DNA of 64,000 nucleotides from Octopus vulgaris (Eukaryota), in contig OX597823.1 in NCBI GenBank assembly GCA_951406725.2, positions 71,176,001-71,240,000 of the forward strand, read 5' to 3'. How positions within the stretch are numbered: position 1 is the stretch's first letter; each line of letters opens with the position of its first letter. Under the pieces are notes generated by a model that saw nothing but the letters and a program-made list of their open reading frames with translations, was not told the origin of the DNA and ran no database searches. Below are positions 1 through 12,789 of the stretch, piece after piece. A program made the translations under genes and the position numbers.

Positions 1-124
1 AGTACCACGGAGTACAGCAAAAAGCGGATGATCCTAGCGAAATGTAAACCGTACTTCAGTAGCAGCAGGAAGTGCATATTATGCCTGGCTGAGAAGAGAG
101 CAATTTTAAAAGGTACCCAATGCC

Positions 125-162
<38 letters not shown>

Positions 163-788
163 CTAACTGCGCGCCCCCACCATGATTGCAACCACAAGTC
201 TACTGCCTCGTCCCTCCATCAAATATCTTCCACCAATACCCCTCGGTCCCGGCAAAAAGAGTTTGACCAAGGCACACATCAATGCACTCATGTACACACA
301 CGCACACCCTTATAAGGTGGATATACCACAAAAAAGAATTGTTTAATGTGGCTGTCCTCTAACAGACAACATGTCAGAAGACATTTTCTCCAGCCCGTTT
401 ATTCAGTGCGCTTCCCACACCCGTTATTGCAAGCGGGAGATAACTCCTGCCACCCGGACTTCAAGACCACCAACCACGTAGATCCCCTCGCTGGTGGGTT
501 CTCATTGCCAGAAATGGCGGAAGTTTATCTGGCTTGCAATATATAGAAAACACAGTGTCATGCAATCACTGATTTTCTAACTAGGAAACTAGTCTGTTAA
601 AAAAATCTCTATTCGAGATCAACAGATGCACTGAATAAACAGATGCACTGAATAAACCAGCTGAATGAGATGTCTTCCTAGGGTTAAACGGCAGTATCGT
701 CGTCTCTTAGAGAACAACCACATACGCAATATCTTTTTGTTTGTATACTGCTTTGGTCTCGAACTGAGAGTTTCTAACGAAGTAGTTT

Positions 789-790
<2 letters not shown>
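1..790 (+). mobile_element. Penelope-like element (PLE) 3' remnant: end of the GIY-YIG endonuclease region plus 3' UTR, ending in (TA)n
   Basis: 28-110 translates ILAKCKPYFSSSRKCILCLAEKRAIL, resembling the CxLCxxEK motif at the C-terminus of PLE GIY-YIG domains. It is interrupted by (TA)n at ~128-160 and ends at the (TA)n run at ~791. Confidence 0.6.
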
Positions 791-1163
<373 letters not shown>

Positions 1164-1781
1164 GTTTTAAATTGATATTAATTAAATTAATATTCAATTT
1201 ATATCCCTCATTATTTAAATGTTGAAATAATTATGTTCTCTAATAAGCATCATTAACTGCAGTAAATTATTTGCTGCAGATTTTGTTTCCGGAATTTAGC
1301 GCGCCAGAACTCAGACATTTGAAATTAACCCCAATGTAATCGTTAGAACTAAGTACGTGTCTGTTTTTATACAGAAAACTGGTGGTTAGTTTTACTGGTG
1401 GTTAGTTTTACTGGTGGTTAGTTGCTTTTGGAACGATCGTATTGATGAGTCCTACGGACGAATAGATTACTTAAGTGATTCGTTAATAGACGAAACCGGT
1501 ATACGATTAATTCTTGATTTTGATATAATTTTCATCAGTTTTGCCCGTCTAGTGTTCTGGTGTCCGCTGAATTTTCTCTAGAGAACATTCTTTCTTTGTA
1601 GTTTGATCGTAAGCGATCTATTTCTAGCATATGGCTGTCCACATAGTGGTTTTTAGCCCTTAATATACACATGTATTAGAATTTTCTCTGATTTTTCAGA
1701 TTTTTGTATGCTAGGCTACTGGTTTTAAATTGATATTAATTAAATTAATATTCAATTTATCTCCCTCATTATTTAAATGTT
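1164..1781 (+). mobile_element. Non-coding hammerhead-containing retroelement (retrozyme-like / non-autonomous PLE), 558-nt unit with a 60-bp terminal direct repeat
   Basis: Direct repeat 1164-1223 / 1722-1781 with one mismatch; central hammerhead motif; no ORF; (TA)n on both sides; homologous to 46171-47056. Confidence 0.7.
1436..1507 (+). ncRNA. Type I hammerhead ribozyme (C3U core variant)
   Basis: Stem I ATCGTA/TACGAT; core TTGATGA (1442-1448); stem II GTC...GAC extended by GACGAAT/ATTCGTT; GAAAC (1492-1496); palindromic stem III ACCGGT; GTA triplet at 1499-1501. Confidence 0.7.
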
Positions 1782-1800
1782 ATATATATACATATACATA

Positions 1801-1887
<87 letters not shown>

Positions 1888-2041
1888 ATGAGTTATATTG
1901 ACGTATAAAAGTTGAATGCTGGCTCTTCCTTTAATTGGAGGTTTTCCAAAAAGATTTCTAATTTTGATTCTTCATACTTTGCTGGTAGTTTACAGGCGTA
2001 AATTTGCGAATATATGAAAGAAGTATTTGTATATGATGTAC

Positions 2042-2212
2042 GGAGACTTTATGGAATGAAGTTCTATAAATCTCATCAATTTTGTTTAAAATGGAGGAGA
2101 CAAGTTAAGAAGATATATAAGATATATAAATTTCTTATATATTTTAACAACTTGTCTCCTCCATTTTTAACAAAATTGATAGGATTTATGGAACTTCATT
2201 CAATAAAGTCTC
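2042..2212. repeat. Imperfect inverted repeat with ~65-bp arms next to (TA)n/(ATATT)n
   Basis: GGAGACTTTATGGAATGAAGTTC...GGAGGAGACAAGTT is mirrored by AACTTGTCTCCTCC...GAACTTCATTCAATAAAGTCTCC. Confidence 0.85.
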
Positions 2213-2279
2213 CATATATTATATTATATTATATTATATTATATTATATATATATATATATATATATATGAGTTGTGAT

Positions 2280-2598
2280 GGCACGTGACCTAGTGGTTAG
2301 AGTATTCGGCTAACGATCATAAAATCGTGAGTTCAATTCCCGGCAACGCGTTGTGTCCTTGAGCAAGACACTTCATTTCACGTTGTCCCGTTCACTCGGC
2401 TGGCAAAAATGAGTTGTACCTGTATTTGAAAGGGCCGGCCTTGTCCCAATCTGTGTCACGCTGAAACTCCATGAGAACTACGTTAAGGGTAAACATGTCT
2501 GTGGAGAGCTCGGCCACTTGCACGTTAACTTCACGAGCAGGATGTTCCGTTGATCGGATCAACTGGAACCCGCGTGGTCGAAACCGACGGAGTGTCGA
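2280..2598 (+). mobile_element. tRNA-derived SINE, family B
   Basis: tRNA-like head with A box (TAGTGG) and B box (GAGTTCAATTCC), then CORE-like TTGTGTCCTTGAGCAAGACACTT; second copy at 6906-7227. Confidence 0.85.
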
Positions 2599-2611
2599 TG
2601 ATATATACAAG

Positions 2612-2678
<67 letters not shown>

Positions 2679-2804
2679 CATATATAGATAACTCAAAACT
2701 AACGGCCTACATATAATACCATAAATTTCACTTTCCGACTTAATATATGCTTTTGTATATATAAGAACACACACTTACAGACACACACACAAACACACAC
2801 ACAT

Positions 2805-2884
<80 letters not shown>

Positions 2885-3060
2885 TATAATTACGGGAACA
2901 GGTTTAACTCATAATATTTAGGTTGGCCGAAGCTATAAAGGATAATATTTTTACGGACCTTCATGCTTGTGAAACGAACTTTTTAAACCCATATTGTGCT
3001 TAAATGTATATGTGTGTGTGTATGTATGTATGTATGTATATATGCATGTATGTATGTATG

Positions 3061-3270
3061 ACATAAAACCTGCGATTCGGTGGTTATCGATGATGTTGAC
3101 TTGTTCTTCTTTTCGGATTATGGCTGCTGTTGCTTAGTGAGTGAGATTGACTCAGTGCACAGCCTTTCCTCACTTTAAAAAAATCTTCTTGCACAGGAAT
3201 TGCCCGATAACAACACTGATTAAGCTTCGTGCAATGGCCATACTCGATAACGAGGGGGCAGTCACCACCA
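3061..3270 (+). mobile_element. Fragment of a non-autonomous retroelement, homologous to 3808-4110
   Basis: Shares GATGATGTTGACTTGTTCTTCTTTTCGGA...GCAATGGCCATACTCGATAACGAGG with the copy at 3808-4110. Confidence 0.7.
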
Positions 3271-3343
3271 CCGTGTATGTATGTATGTATGTATGTATGT
3301 ATGTATGTATGTATGTATGTGTGTGTGTGTGTCTGTGTGTGTG

Positions 3344-3376
<33 letters not shown>

Positions 3377-3503
3377 GTATTAGTGCATATGTATGTGTAT
3401 GTATATGTATATGCATGCATCTATGTATGGGTATGTATTGATGTATGTGTATAAGGATGCATATGTATGTATGTGTGTATATGTTTACGTATGTATATAT
3501 GGG

Positions 3504-3577
<74 letters not shown>

Positions 3578-3606
3578 TATATATATGTATATGCATATAT
3601 ATATAT

Positions 3607-4110
3607 GACTCTTGAGAGTCAACGGCCATCCGATAAATGTGGGTTTTTTTTCCTTCTTAAGGCTTACGGCTGTATCATGCGCGGGGACAGAAATAATCGG
3701 ACTGAATACCCGATCGCGCTGTTAAACCATTGGGAGTGAAGGACTCCTAGCCTTTGTTAGGGCATCCTTCTAGGAGAAGGTAACTCAGGTAACTGGGATA
3801 ACTCCGACATAAATTCTGCGGCTCAGTGGTTACCGATGATGTTGACTTGTTCTTCTTTTCGGAATATGGCTGCTGTTGCTTTTTGAGTAGGATTGACTCA
3901 GTGCACAGCCTTCCCTCACTCTAAAAAAAATATTCTTGCACAGGCATTGCACGATAACAACATTATTCATGATTGTTGATGGTGCTGTGAGTCTCAAGTG
4001 AATGGCTGGCTGTAGCCTTAAAAAGCAAATACAAGTCACATTCGATCACTGCAGCAACAGCAGTTAAGCTTCGTACAATGGCCATACTCGATAACGAGGC
4101 GCAGCCATCG
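3607..4110 (+). mobile_element. Non-autonomous element with RTE-like 5' UTR sequence
   Basis: Contains AGGGCATCCTTCTAGGAGAAGGTAACTC, similar to the motif seen in RTE 5' UTRs; its 3' part is duplicated at 3061-3270. Confidence 0.5.
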
Positions 4111-4238
4111 TGTATGTATATATTTATCCATGTATGTAAGCATGAATGTGTGTATGTATATTATATTACATTATATTATATTATAATATACTATATCTTA
4201 TATTATATTATGTTATACTGTATAATATTATATTATAT

Positions 4239-4278
<40 letters not shown>

Positions 4279-4308
4279 TCAAAATAAGCAACAGGATATC
4301 AAGTAGTT

Positions 4309-4396
4309 ATGCAGTACGACCGTTTCAAGCGGCTCTATGTAATTGAACAATGCAGTCATTACATCAGTTTAAATACAGCGTTATCTTCAGTTGCAC
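4309..4396 (-). ncRNA. Type I hammerhead ribozyme motif at the 3' end of a probable PLE remnant (~4280-5200, minus strand)
   Basis: Minus strand reads GTGCAA-CTGAAGA-(long stem II with ATGTAAT/ATTACAT)-GAAAC-ggtc-GTA-CTGCAT, followed by a short tail and (TA)n. Confidence 0.6.
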
Positions 4397-5232
4397 AAAT
4401 ATATATATGGAATTTCAACAAGTAGTATACATTAATATAATTTTTCTTAAATGTTTTAACAGGATAAGAAGATGGAAGAAATTCATGTTATGGCTATTGT
4501 AGCAAGAGGGTTGTAATTCATTTCCAATTTATTTATCTCTTTATCATCTACTAAAATCTGAGACTAGAAGACTGTGTATATTTAGATTACAGAACAAATG
4601 TGAGTTGACAGCTCATAGCTAGCAATTGCTCATAAATACTCTCAGAGGTATCCCCTTACCCACAAGAGAAAAGAAACAAAACTTTAGAAAGTGTCAATTA
4701 GATAGAGGTAATTGTCTATAAATAAAGAGGCAGGGTATTGGTTGACTTTAATTCATGGTGATAGTTACCAGTTAAAGGAGCAAAGCACTATGAAACTTAA
4801 GATGTTATAATGAAATTCACGGAAAATATCATTAGCGGCTCGATGGGGGAACGTTTATAAGCAATATCATTATGATGTATAAATAATGAAATAAATTTAA
4901 AACTTCAAGAAAATGATATCATAACATAAATAGCTAAAAGGTGTGTGTGTATCAATTATAAACATTAAAAGGAAAATTACTATTATGGAGAATAAATTTA
5001 ATACCTCTTCTTTACTTAATTAATTAATTATTCGGTGGTTTCTATATGGACTACTCAAGTTGCATACATATGGAATATCTGGAAAGATATACATTCTATT
5101 TATTGATTTGAAGCAATGGAACAAAAGCAGGTTAATAAGATAATGGTAATACATAGACATATTTAAATATAAAATATAATTATGAAATATAAATGTAGAA
5201 TATATGTGTGTGTGTGTGCGTGTATAAAGAGG

Positions 5233-5271
<39 letters not shown>

Positions 5272-5278
<7 letters not shown>

Positions 5279-6138
5279 TGAATAAATCTTCGTCTAAATT
5301 ACGCAAAAATGGAAATAACACTGATATCTCATTTTAACAGATATATTTACCAAAATTACACTAAAATATCTTGAAATACTAAATAGTAAATTTATTCAAT
5401 AAAATCGCCATTGGCTCCAACCACGGCCAGCAGACGACTTCAGAATCTCCTGCAGCTTTTCTGGGCGGTCTCCTTGTTTTAAATTGGTGAATGCTGCCAT
5501 AATCCTTACCTTCAGTTCATCTTTGGTGCTACAAGGAGTTCTGTTGGTCCCCCGCTCAACTGCATCCCATAGATAAGTCTGGGGAGTTATGTGGCCAGGT
5601 GTTGGGGGTGTCGTGGTCACAGAAGTTGTCTGACAGCCATGACTGGGGTCTCCTGCTTGTATGGCATGATGCAGGGTCCTATTGCCAGACATATGGTCTT
5701 CCAGCACCCACCCTCTTGATCGGGAGAAGCACTACCTCCTCCAGGCACTTGATGTCGGCCTCCGTGTTGAGTCTTAGGCCGTGTGGGAAGACGAATAGAG
5801 GTATAACCCCGCCATCACTAGTGATCACGCCGAACACCATGATGTTGACTGGATGTTTGATTTTTATCACTCTCGGAACATGTCCTCAGATTGCACTGTT
5901 CTCAGACTGACACCCAAACACTCTGAAATGTTAGTATTGGAGCTTCCGGCGCGAATGTCCAGTAGTAAAGCATTTTTCCAAATTTCTAGTAAAGTTAATT
6001 GCATCATGGTGCTGTTTTTCTCTCAGGCGGTGCCCAACTGACCCAACCATACTATGTAGTGAACAAAATCAAAAACAATCAATGCGCATGCACGAAATTA
6101 AAAATATAAAAGGGCGACAATTTACCCATCGCACTCTG
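5272..6138 (-). mobile_element. Tc1/mariner (maT/DD37D-like) transposase relic
   Basis: KHPVNIMVFGVITSDGGVIPLFVFPHGLRLN...GRPYVWQ*DPASCHTS, followed by a YLWDAVERGTN segment; frameshifts and stops present. Confidence 0.85.
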
Positions 6139-6456
6139 TGTGTGTGTGTGTGTGTGTTTGTGTGAAATAAACAAAAATTTCAGGAGATCCTCAGAGATTT
6201 TGCAAGTGCTGGAAACTCTTTCGTATCTTCAGCAGGTATTTTAGGGTCACAGGTAATTCACTCCTTAACCACTAATGCTTCACCTGAGCTGGGAAGTGAG
6301 GTCGGTCTGAGTTATCCTTCACCTACTGAAGAATTCCTCTTGCATTCTCTTAGGCATCTCCTTAGCAAGCTTCAGCTGTCGTGTCTTTTCCTTGATGGTA
6401 TTCTTCCGTTGTTTGGTTTCGTCATCATCGAAGTATTTTCTCACCTGTTTATACCT

Positions 6457-6552
6457 GTTTAAAATTTAACCTGATGATGGTGGATTACATGCAAAGATGT
6501 ATTCTATAAATATATCAATTAAATTCCGAAGCAGGTGTCCTAAATTTTAAAC
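6457..6552 (+). ncRNA. Type I hammerhead ribozyme motif (GAAG variant, possibly inactive) in a PLE-like fragment at ~6165-6735
   Basis: Perfect 12-bp stem I GTTTAAAATTTA/TAAATTTTAAAC; CTGATGA at 6471-6477; GG...CC stem II; GAAGC-aggt-GTC (triplet at 6537-6539). Confidence 0.6.
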
Positions 6553-6780
6553 ACATTTTGAGTTCTATTCCCATACCAACTCAGAACCAGCTCTGAGTTG
6601 GAAAGACGGTTTATATTGGATCTGGTACCAAAATATCTACAGTATCCTAACAACACATGATACCTTCAAGCTTGCTTTACCTCACTGTACCTAGCAATTT
6701 CTAGTGTCCTACGTATTGACGTGCCTGGAATCTAATGAATCTTATAACTGATCTCTCGCTCTCTCTTTGTCTTTCTCTGA

Positions 6781-6879
<99 letters not shown>

Positions 6880-6905
6880 CGTGCTCGTGTGTGTGTGTGT
6901 GTGAA

Positions 6906-7225
6906 GGTGCGTGGCTTAGTGGTTAAGAGCATTCGGCTCATGATCGTAAGATCGTGAGTTCGATTCCAGGCGGTGCGTTGTGTCCTTGAACAAGACACTT
7001 TATTTCACATTGCTCCAGTCCACTCTGCTGGCAAAAATGAGTAGTATCTGTATATCAATGGACCAGCCTTGTCGCACACTGTGTCACGCTGAATCTCCCC
7101 GAGAACTACGTGTTAAGATTACACGTGTTTGTGGAGTGCTCAGCCTCTTGCACGTTAATTTCACAAGCAGGCTGTTCCGTTGATCGTATCAGCTGGGCCC
7201 TCGTCGTCGCAACCGACGGAGTGCT

Positions 7226-7227
<2 letters not shown>
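6906..7227 (+). mobile_element. tRNA-derived SINE, family B
   Basis: Homologous to 2280-2598; A and B boxes present. Confidence 0.85.
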
Positions 7228-7272
<45 letters not shown>

Positions 7273-7286
7273 GGGCGTGGTGCATG

Positions 7287-7338
<52 letters not shown>

Positions 7339-8770
7339 TGCATGTGTGCGTGGTATGTTTGTATGTATACATGTGTATACATTTCAGTGCGTAGGAAGTC
7401 TTTAGAAAATCTCTCCAGGAAATTAACAATACTGATAATTTCCTGGAGAGATCACGCTGCAACGAAGAAGTTAGAGAATGAGATGAGAAGGATAATTAAC
7501 AGAATATTGTGAACAGGCGAGGGCGACAATCCATTGGACGTATCCTGCGTTTGACAGAAGAAATGAAATGAAATGAAAAGATGTGCTATAGAAGGAGAGA
7601 GTGAATACCTTAATGATGGAAAAGTAAAACTCCGTAATCACTTAAGCCATCTGTAACACATGGGTGTATGATGCGAAGATCAGAAAAGAAATACAAATGA
7701 CAAGCATAAGCGAAATATAGTCATACGAAATGTCTCAGTAGGGATATATGGATTTAATAAACTCCATTTCATCATCCTCATTATCATCATCATGATGTGA
7801 TGCTGCTACTGCTGCTGCTGCTGCTGTTGTTGTTATTATTAAGCAACAAGACAAGTAAGGGTGATTAGGTGATGGTCTAGGGTTTAGGGGCGAAAGACCC
7901 CAGACCTTGGAAAAAAAGACTTTGGTTGTCTTGTAATTGAGGGCTCTTCGTTGACGTCCGACACCACTGGGAGGTGACCCTCGAAGACGCTGGAAATGGA
8001 GATCTCTTGGTCCAAATTCCTGAACGGCATGCTGCTGCTGCTGCTGCTGCTGCTGGTGATGATGGTTATGGTCTTCATCATCTTATTTGGTCGATCTTGT
8101 TCGTATTTGTATGTTCTTATTAGTCGTCATTTAAGCAGGAAAATGGCATTGGTAACATAAAATTATCACAAGTTAGTTGATTGGTGTGTGGCTTTAAAAG
8201 GTAACCAACACAATTTTGAGACGTTCATATTACGAGGTCACTAAGAAGTTCCTCATTATTTTCCAACAATGCCCGACAAGTAGATACTTCTATCTGTAAT
8301 GGTGTCTCATTCACTTCATTGTTTAGTGAGGTATTCTCTTTCTGAAACAACCAAAATCACATCACTCACTTAGCTAACTAGCTAATTATTCTCTCTTTCT
8401 CTCCATATATTCATATATACATATGTATGTGCACGGTGGGATATGTAGATATGAGAGGTCGCTTTTCTTCGACAATGAGTATTTAGTTGCTCTAAATTTC
8501 CTGCTCCTGACTTAAGGTGAGTGTAAATAGCTGAACATGTGACAGGTGCATGTATTCTTAACGCAATTCTCAGGAAGAGCCAGTGAGGGAATCTGTGCGA
8601 CAAGACTAGAATGTTAAGAATTGAAGCTACAATTTACCCAACGGCTACTATTCTGTTTCTGTCAACCATACGCATATTGATAACAAAATAGTATTCTTCC
8701 AGGTTTGTAAAAAGTTTTCTGTAAAAGGCAAATTTGATGAATCTCAGAAACGAATGAGATGAAAGTGTAA

Positions 8771-9010
8771 TCTATTATATAAAATCCGTTCTGTCTGTCT
8801 GTGTGTCTTCTAGGATCTCGGGCATCCTCCATTCGATTGCGCTCAAATTTGATATGTAGATACCGACGGTATCAGGGCGGGTATAATTCTTCAAAAAATT
8901 ACAAAAATCGATTCCAGGTGAAAATGCGATCGATAAAACCGTGGGAACGTGCATTTGTGCGCGCAAGTACATCAGTCGAAATCCGTCTTTTGCTGATATC
9001 TCAAAGTTAG
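8771..9010 (+). mobile_element. Non-autonomous Helitron-like 5' fragment
   Basis: Begins TCTATTATATAAAATCCGTTCTGTCTGTCTG..., typical of Helitron 5' TC termini; contains TCGATTGCGCTCAAATTT. Confidence 0.5.
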
Positions 9011-9160
9011 GCTAAATCAGTGTTTCTCAAAGGGGAGGCCTATGGGACGGTCGGACAAGTTGTCTTCAGAAAATTTGGTTTAAATGTTTGACAACTCAGT
9101 ACCGAGAGGTGTTATGCTTGTAAATAATAATCCAAAATTCTGATCTCACCTTTTTCTTCA

Positions 9161-9194
<34 letters not shown>

Positions 9195-10181
9195 TGCACC
9201 AAAAGAAGAAGTTTTAGTTAGACCACTGCAAATATAACGATGCTATTTTTATTCCTAAATACAATAACTTTGAATATTTACTTGAGAAAATATATCCACA
9301 TCTCGGTTTGTTTGTTTTAACTAATTTTATATTATGTATATTTTTTTCGGCGGAAATATTATTTTAAATACATTTTCTACAATTTAAGTGTATATTTAAT
9401 AATCATAGGTCTACGTTGGCTCATTCCCATGTCGCAGACAATTGATGTCTGATAGTTAAAGTGATAAATGCCATGTCATTCTGTTTGCTTATAGCTAGTT
9501 CGTTTTAATTATGCTTTTATGATTTACGTATTTTCGTTACGGTTTGTGTGTTTTAGACAAATTTATATTTTTTCATAATCTAAGTGAAAATATTAATGTA
9601 AATATACTTTCTACAGTTAGTGTTTATATTTAATAGATATTGTTCTGCGCTGGTGTATTCCGATGTCGTATTATTTCAAAATGACTGAAGTCTGATTGTT
9701 AGTTTACGTCTGGTTCATTTTAAATATGTTTTTATATTTTAAGTATGTTTTACAGATCTATTTGGTCATGTTCTTTAATTAATCTATTTGCTTACAGTTT
9801 TAGACTGATTATTCCTTAAGTTATTATTACTTTCCCGTTTATGTATTTGGAACCTGTATTCTTGATTATGTTCACTAACTTCAGTTCAATACCTTTAATC
9901 CGCTTGTTCGTTTTAATAATCTATGGTTTCTAAGTTCCATGGCTCTTGGATGTAGCAATGTCCAATTCAATGATATTTCTCCGTTTTGTATATTTTTTAA
10001 AAAGTTTCCATGCTTCTTAGTTATGGGTATGTTACGATTTATACTTGAGATTTAATGTTTATATATGTGTTTAGTAAAAATAGAGAGGTTGTTGGCATAA
10101 TGGACAAATCATGCTAATGTTTGGACCCTACACTTCTGTATTAATTACCTGGCAGTGTTTCTGTTTTTAACGCTGTTGACA

Positions 10182-10236
10182 TTACCAGTTTGAATGGCAT
10201 TACCCAAGTGTCGAAACGATAATATCTGTTTGGTAA
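10182..10236 (+). ncRNA. Degenerate hammerhead-like motif at the end of a T-rich PLE-like remnant (~9240-10380)
   Basis: Stem I TTACCA/TGGTAA; stem II GGCAT/GTGTC; GAAAC-GAT aat ATC-t-GTT. The CUGANGA box has decayed. Confidence 0.35.
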
Positions 10237-10386
10237 CAGAGGATGGAATGTATACATTTGATGTGCTTATTTATTTGTGTGGTGTTGATTGTTTCCAGAT
10301 AGTGCTTCACTGGAATTCTACATCTTGTCTAGTTAAAATTGTTTAGGGAGTTCTTGGTTTCTTAGTTTTTGTTGCATATATAAAAT

Positions 10387-10623
10387 TCTTTTATTCTTTT
10401 ATTCTTTTAATTGTTTCAATCATTTGACTGCGTCCATGCTGGGGCACCGCCTTTAGTCGAGCAAATTGACCCCCGGGACTTATTCCTTGTAAGCCTAGTA
10501 CTTATTCTATCGGTATCTTTTGCCGAACCGCTAAGTTACGGGTATGTAAACACACCAGCACCAGTTGTCAAGCGATGTTGGGGGCACGAACAAAGACACA
10601 CAAACACACACACACACACACAG

Positions 10624-10664
<41 letters not shown>

Positions 10665-10825
10665 CAAGTTTCTTTCGGTTTCCATCTACCAAATCTACTC
10701 ACAAGGCTTTGGTCGGCCCGAGGCTTTAGTAGGAGACACTTGCCCAAGGTGCCACACAGTGGGACTGAACCCGGAACCATGTGGTTAGCAAGTAAACTAC
10801 TTACGACAAAGCCACTGCTGCACCT
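10387..10825 (-). mobile_element. tRNA-derived CORE-like SINE, family A (LINE-derived 3' tail)
   Basis: Minus-strand tRNA head with B box GGGTTCAGTCCC, CORE-like GCACCTTGGGCAAGTGTC, internal CA/TA microsatellite and tail GGCGGTGCCCCAGCATGG...TGAAAC. Confidence 0.9.
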
Positions 10826-11091
10826 ATATACCAAGCATAGTTTGCGCTATTATCCGTCATTGGTTTTCTAATGCTGGTAAAGGTTATGCTTGTTTGGGGG
10901 TTTATATTTTATGGAGGAATTTGTGCACGCGTATAGATGTGCTAACATACATGTGTGAGTGCGTACGTGTGTGGGTTGATGAGTGTGTGCATGTCCGTGC
11001 GTGTGTGAGTGTGTGTGTAAAAATGTATGTATTTATTTACGCGCACATATATGATGCATATACGTCAGGGTGGGGGGAAATCGTGTATACT

Positions 11092-11520
11092 ATTTACTCT
11101 TTTACTTGTTTCAGTCATTGTTTCAGTCCATGCTGGAGCACCGCCTTTAGTCGAGCTGATCGACCCCAGGACTTATTCTTTGTAAGCCTAGTACTTATTC
11201 TATCGATCTCTATTGCCAAACCACTAAGTTACGGGAACGTAAACACACCAGCATCGGTTGTCAAGCAATGTTGGGGGGACAAACACAGACACACAAACAT
11301 ATACACACAGATATATACATATATATATATACATATATATATACATATATATACATATATACGACGGGAATCTTTCAGTTTCCGTCTACTAAATCCACTC
11401 ACAAGGCTTTGATCGGCCCAAGGCTATAGTAGAAGACACTTGCCCAAGGTGCCACGCAGTGGGACTGAACCCGGAACCATGTGGTTCATAAGCAAGCTAC
11501 TTACCACACAGCTACTCCTA
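11092..11520 (-). mobile_element. SINE family A copy
   Basis: Closely similar to 10387-10825. Confidence 0.9.
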
Positions 11521-12713
11521 CGTATGTATGCGTATGTATAAACCATTAGCTATATTAGATTATCCACACCATGTTATCAAGCGGTATTGATTTAGACGTG
11601 CTTATTAGTAATTTTCAACATTAATGATATGTGATGAATTATGTACTCATACAAACACTTACACACAGACAAACGCAGACACATGTTCGGATGCTTAAGC
11701 ATGTACACATCTACTATTGCAGTGGTTGTATGTGTAAGCGGTTACGTACATAACAGAATAAAAGTCATCAACGTAATCCAGTACTAAAGGAAATTAGTTT
11801 ACCAATTACTTCTAATTTCTCAATTTAATCATGCTTCCTCTCGAGGTCTGTGAAAACATAAACAGAATTCTTCTGTACGAACTAATCTCCGTTCAGGAAC
11901 ATCCTGTCTATGGGAGAAAGATTGGCTGAGCAGACATGGACTAAAATAATAAATGTTAATTATTAAAAAGTAAATATAAATGGTTTCTAATTCATTATAA
12001 ATACACGAATTTAAAGAATTGTAGTATTTGTTAAATAGCTAAACTTTTGATGTTTGACACATGCAATTTCCGCTGTCGTTGGAGTTCCATGTGTATTCTA
12101 ATGTACCGCGAGTTAAACTCTAATTGGTATAAACTATAGTATGAAAGAATCAGATCAATATGATTACATTCAGTTTCATTAGATTACGAAACGTCTAGAT
12201 GTGTGTATCTGAGAGAGAAAGAGTGAGAAGAAAGACAAAGAAAAGAGAGAAAACGAGGGGGAGAGAGTGGGATGTTCGGTGTGCTGATGTATACAACTGC
12301 TTTTCGTTAAGTTTCTGATGGCTCTCAACAGAACTACCATCGAAGTTACCTGTCATTGTTAACTTAGAACATTCCTTGGTCTATAACGTTTTACATAATT
12401 GCCTTCCCTTTTTCTTTAGACATCCTGACTCTTATTCCAATAAAATAATTGCCCATTTTTTAAAAATGTTATAAAAACAATATTCTCTGCAGTTTATATA
12501 CAGTTCTATGTTTAGGACAGTCAGCCAACTCATGTTGGTAAATAATAATGTATTGAATTACTATTTTCTTTTCAAAATCTGGAGTTTCAATGTTATTATG
12601 CATTCATCAGTAAAATGTTTACCGCATAACATACAAGCAGTCTCAAGTGAAACACGTGTAAATGTTACGTTATTTATAATAGTATATTCGAAAATTAAAA
12701 GTTACTCACAGTG

Positions 12714-12753
<40 letters not shown>

Positions 12754-12789
12754 CACTGTTATTATTTTTTTATTTGGGTATTGTTTGTA

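Noticed and set aside
655-712. Possible hammerhead at the end of the first PLE remnant (CTGAATGAGA...TAAACGGCAGTATCGTCGTCTC)
   Set aside because: Neither the CUGANGA nor the GAAA box can be placed convincingly; at most a very decayed relic.
7868-7912. GC-rich stem-loop with a GAAA loop preceded by TGATG
   Set aside because: Its topology does not fit a hammerhead (GAAA is a terminal loop); probably a fragment of an unclassified repeat.
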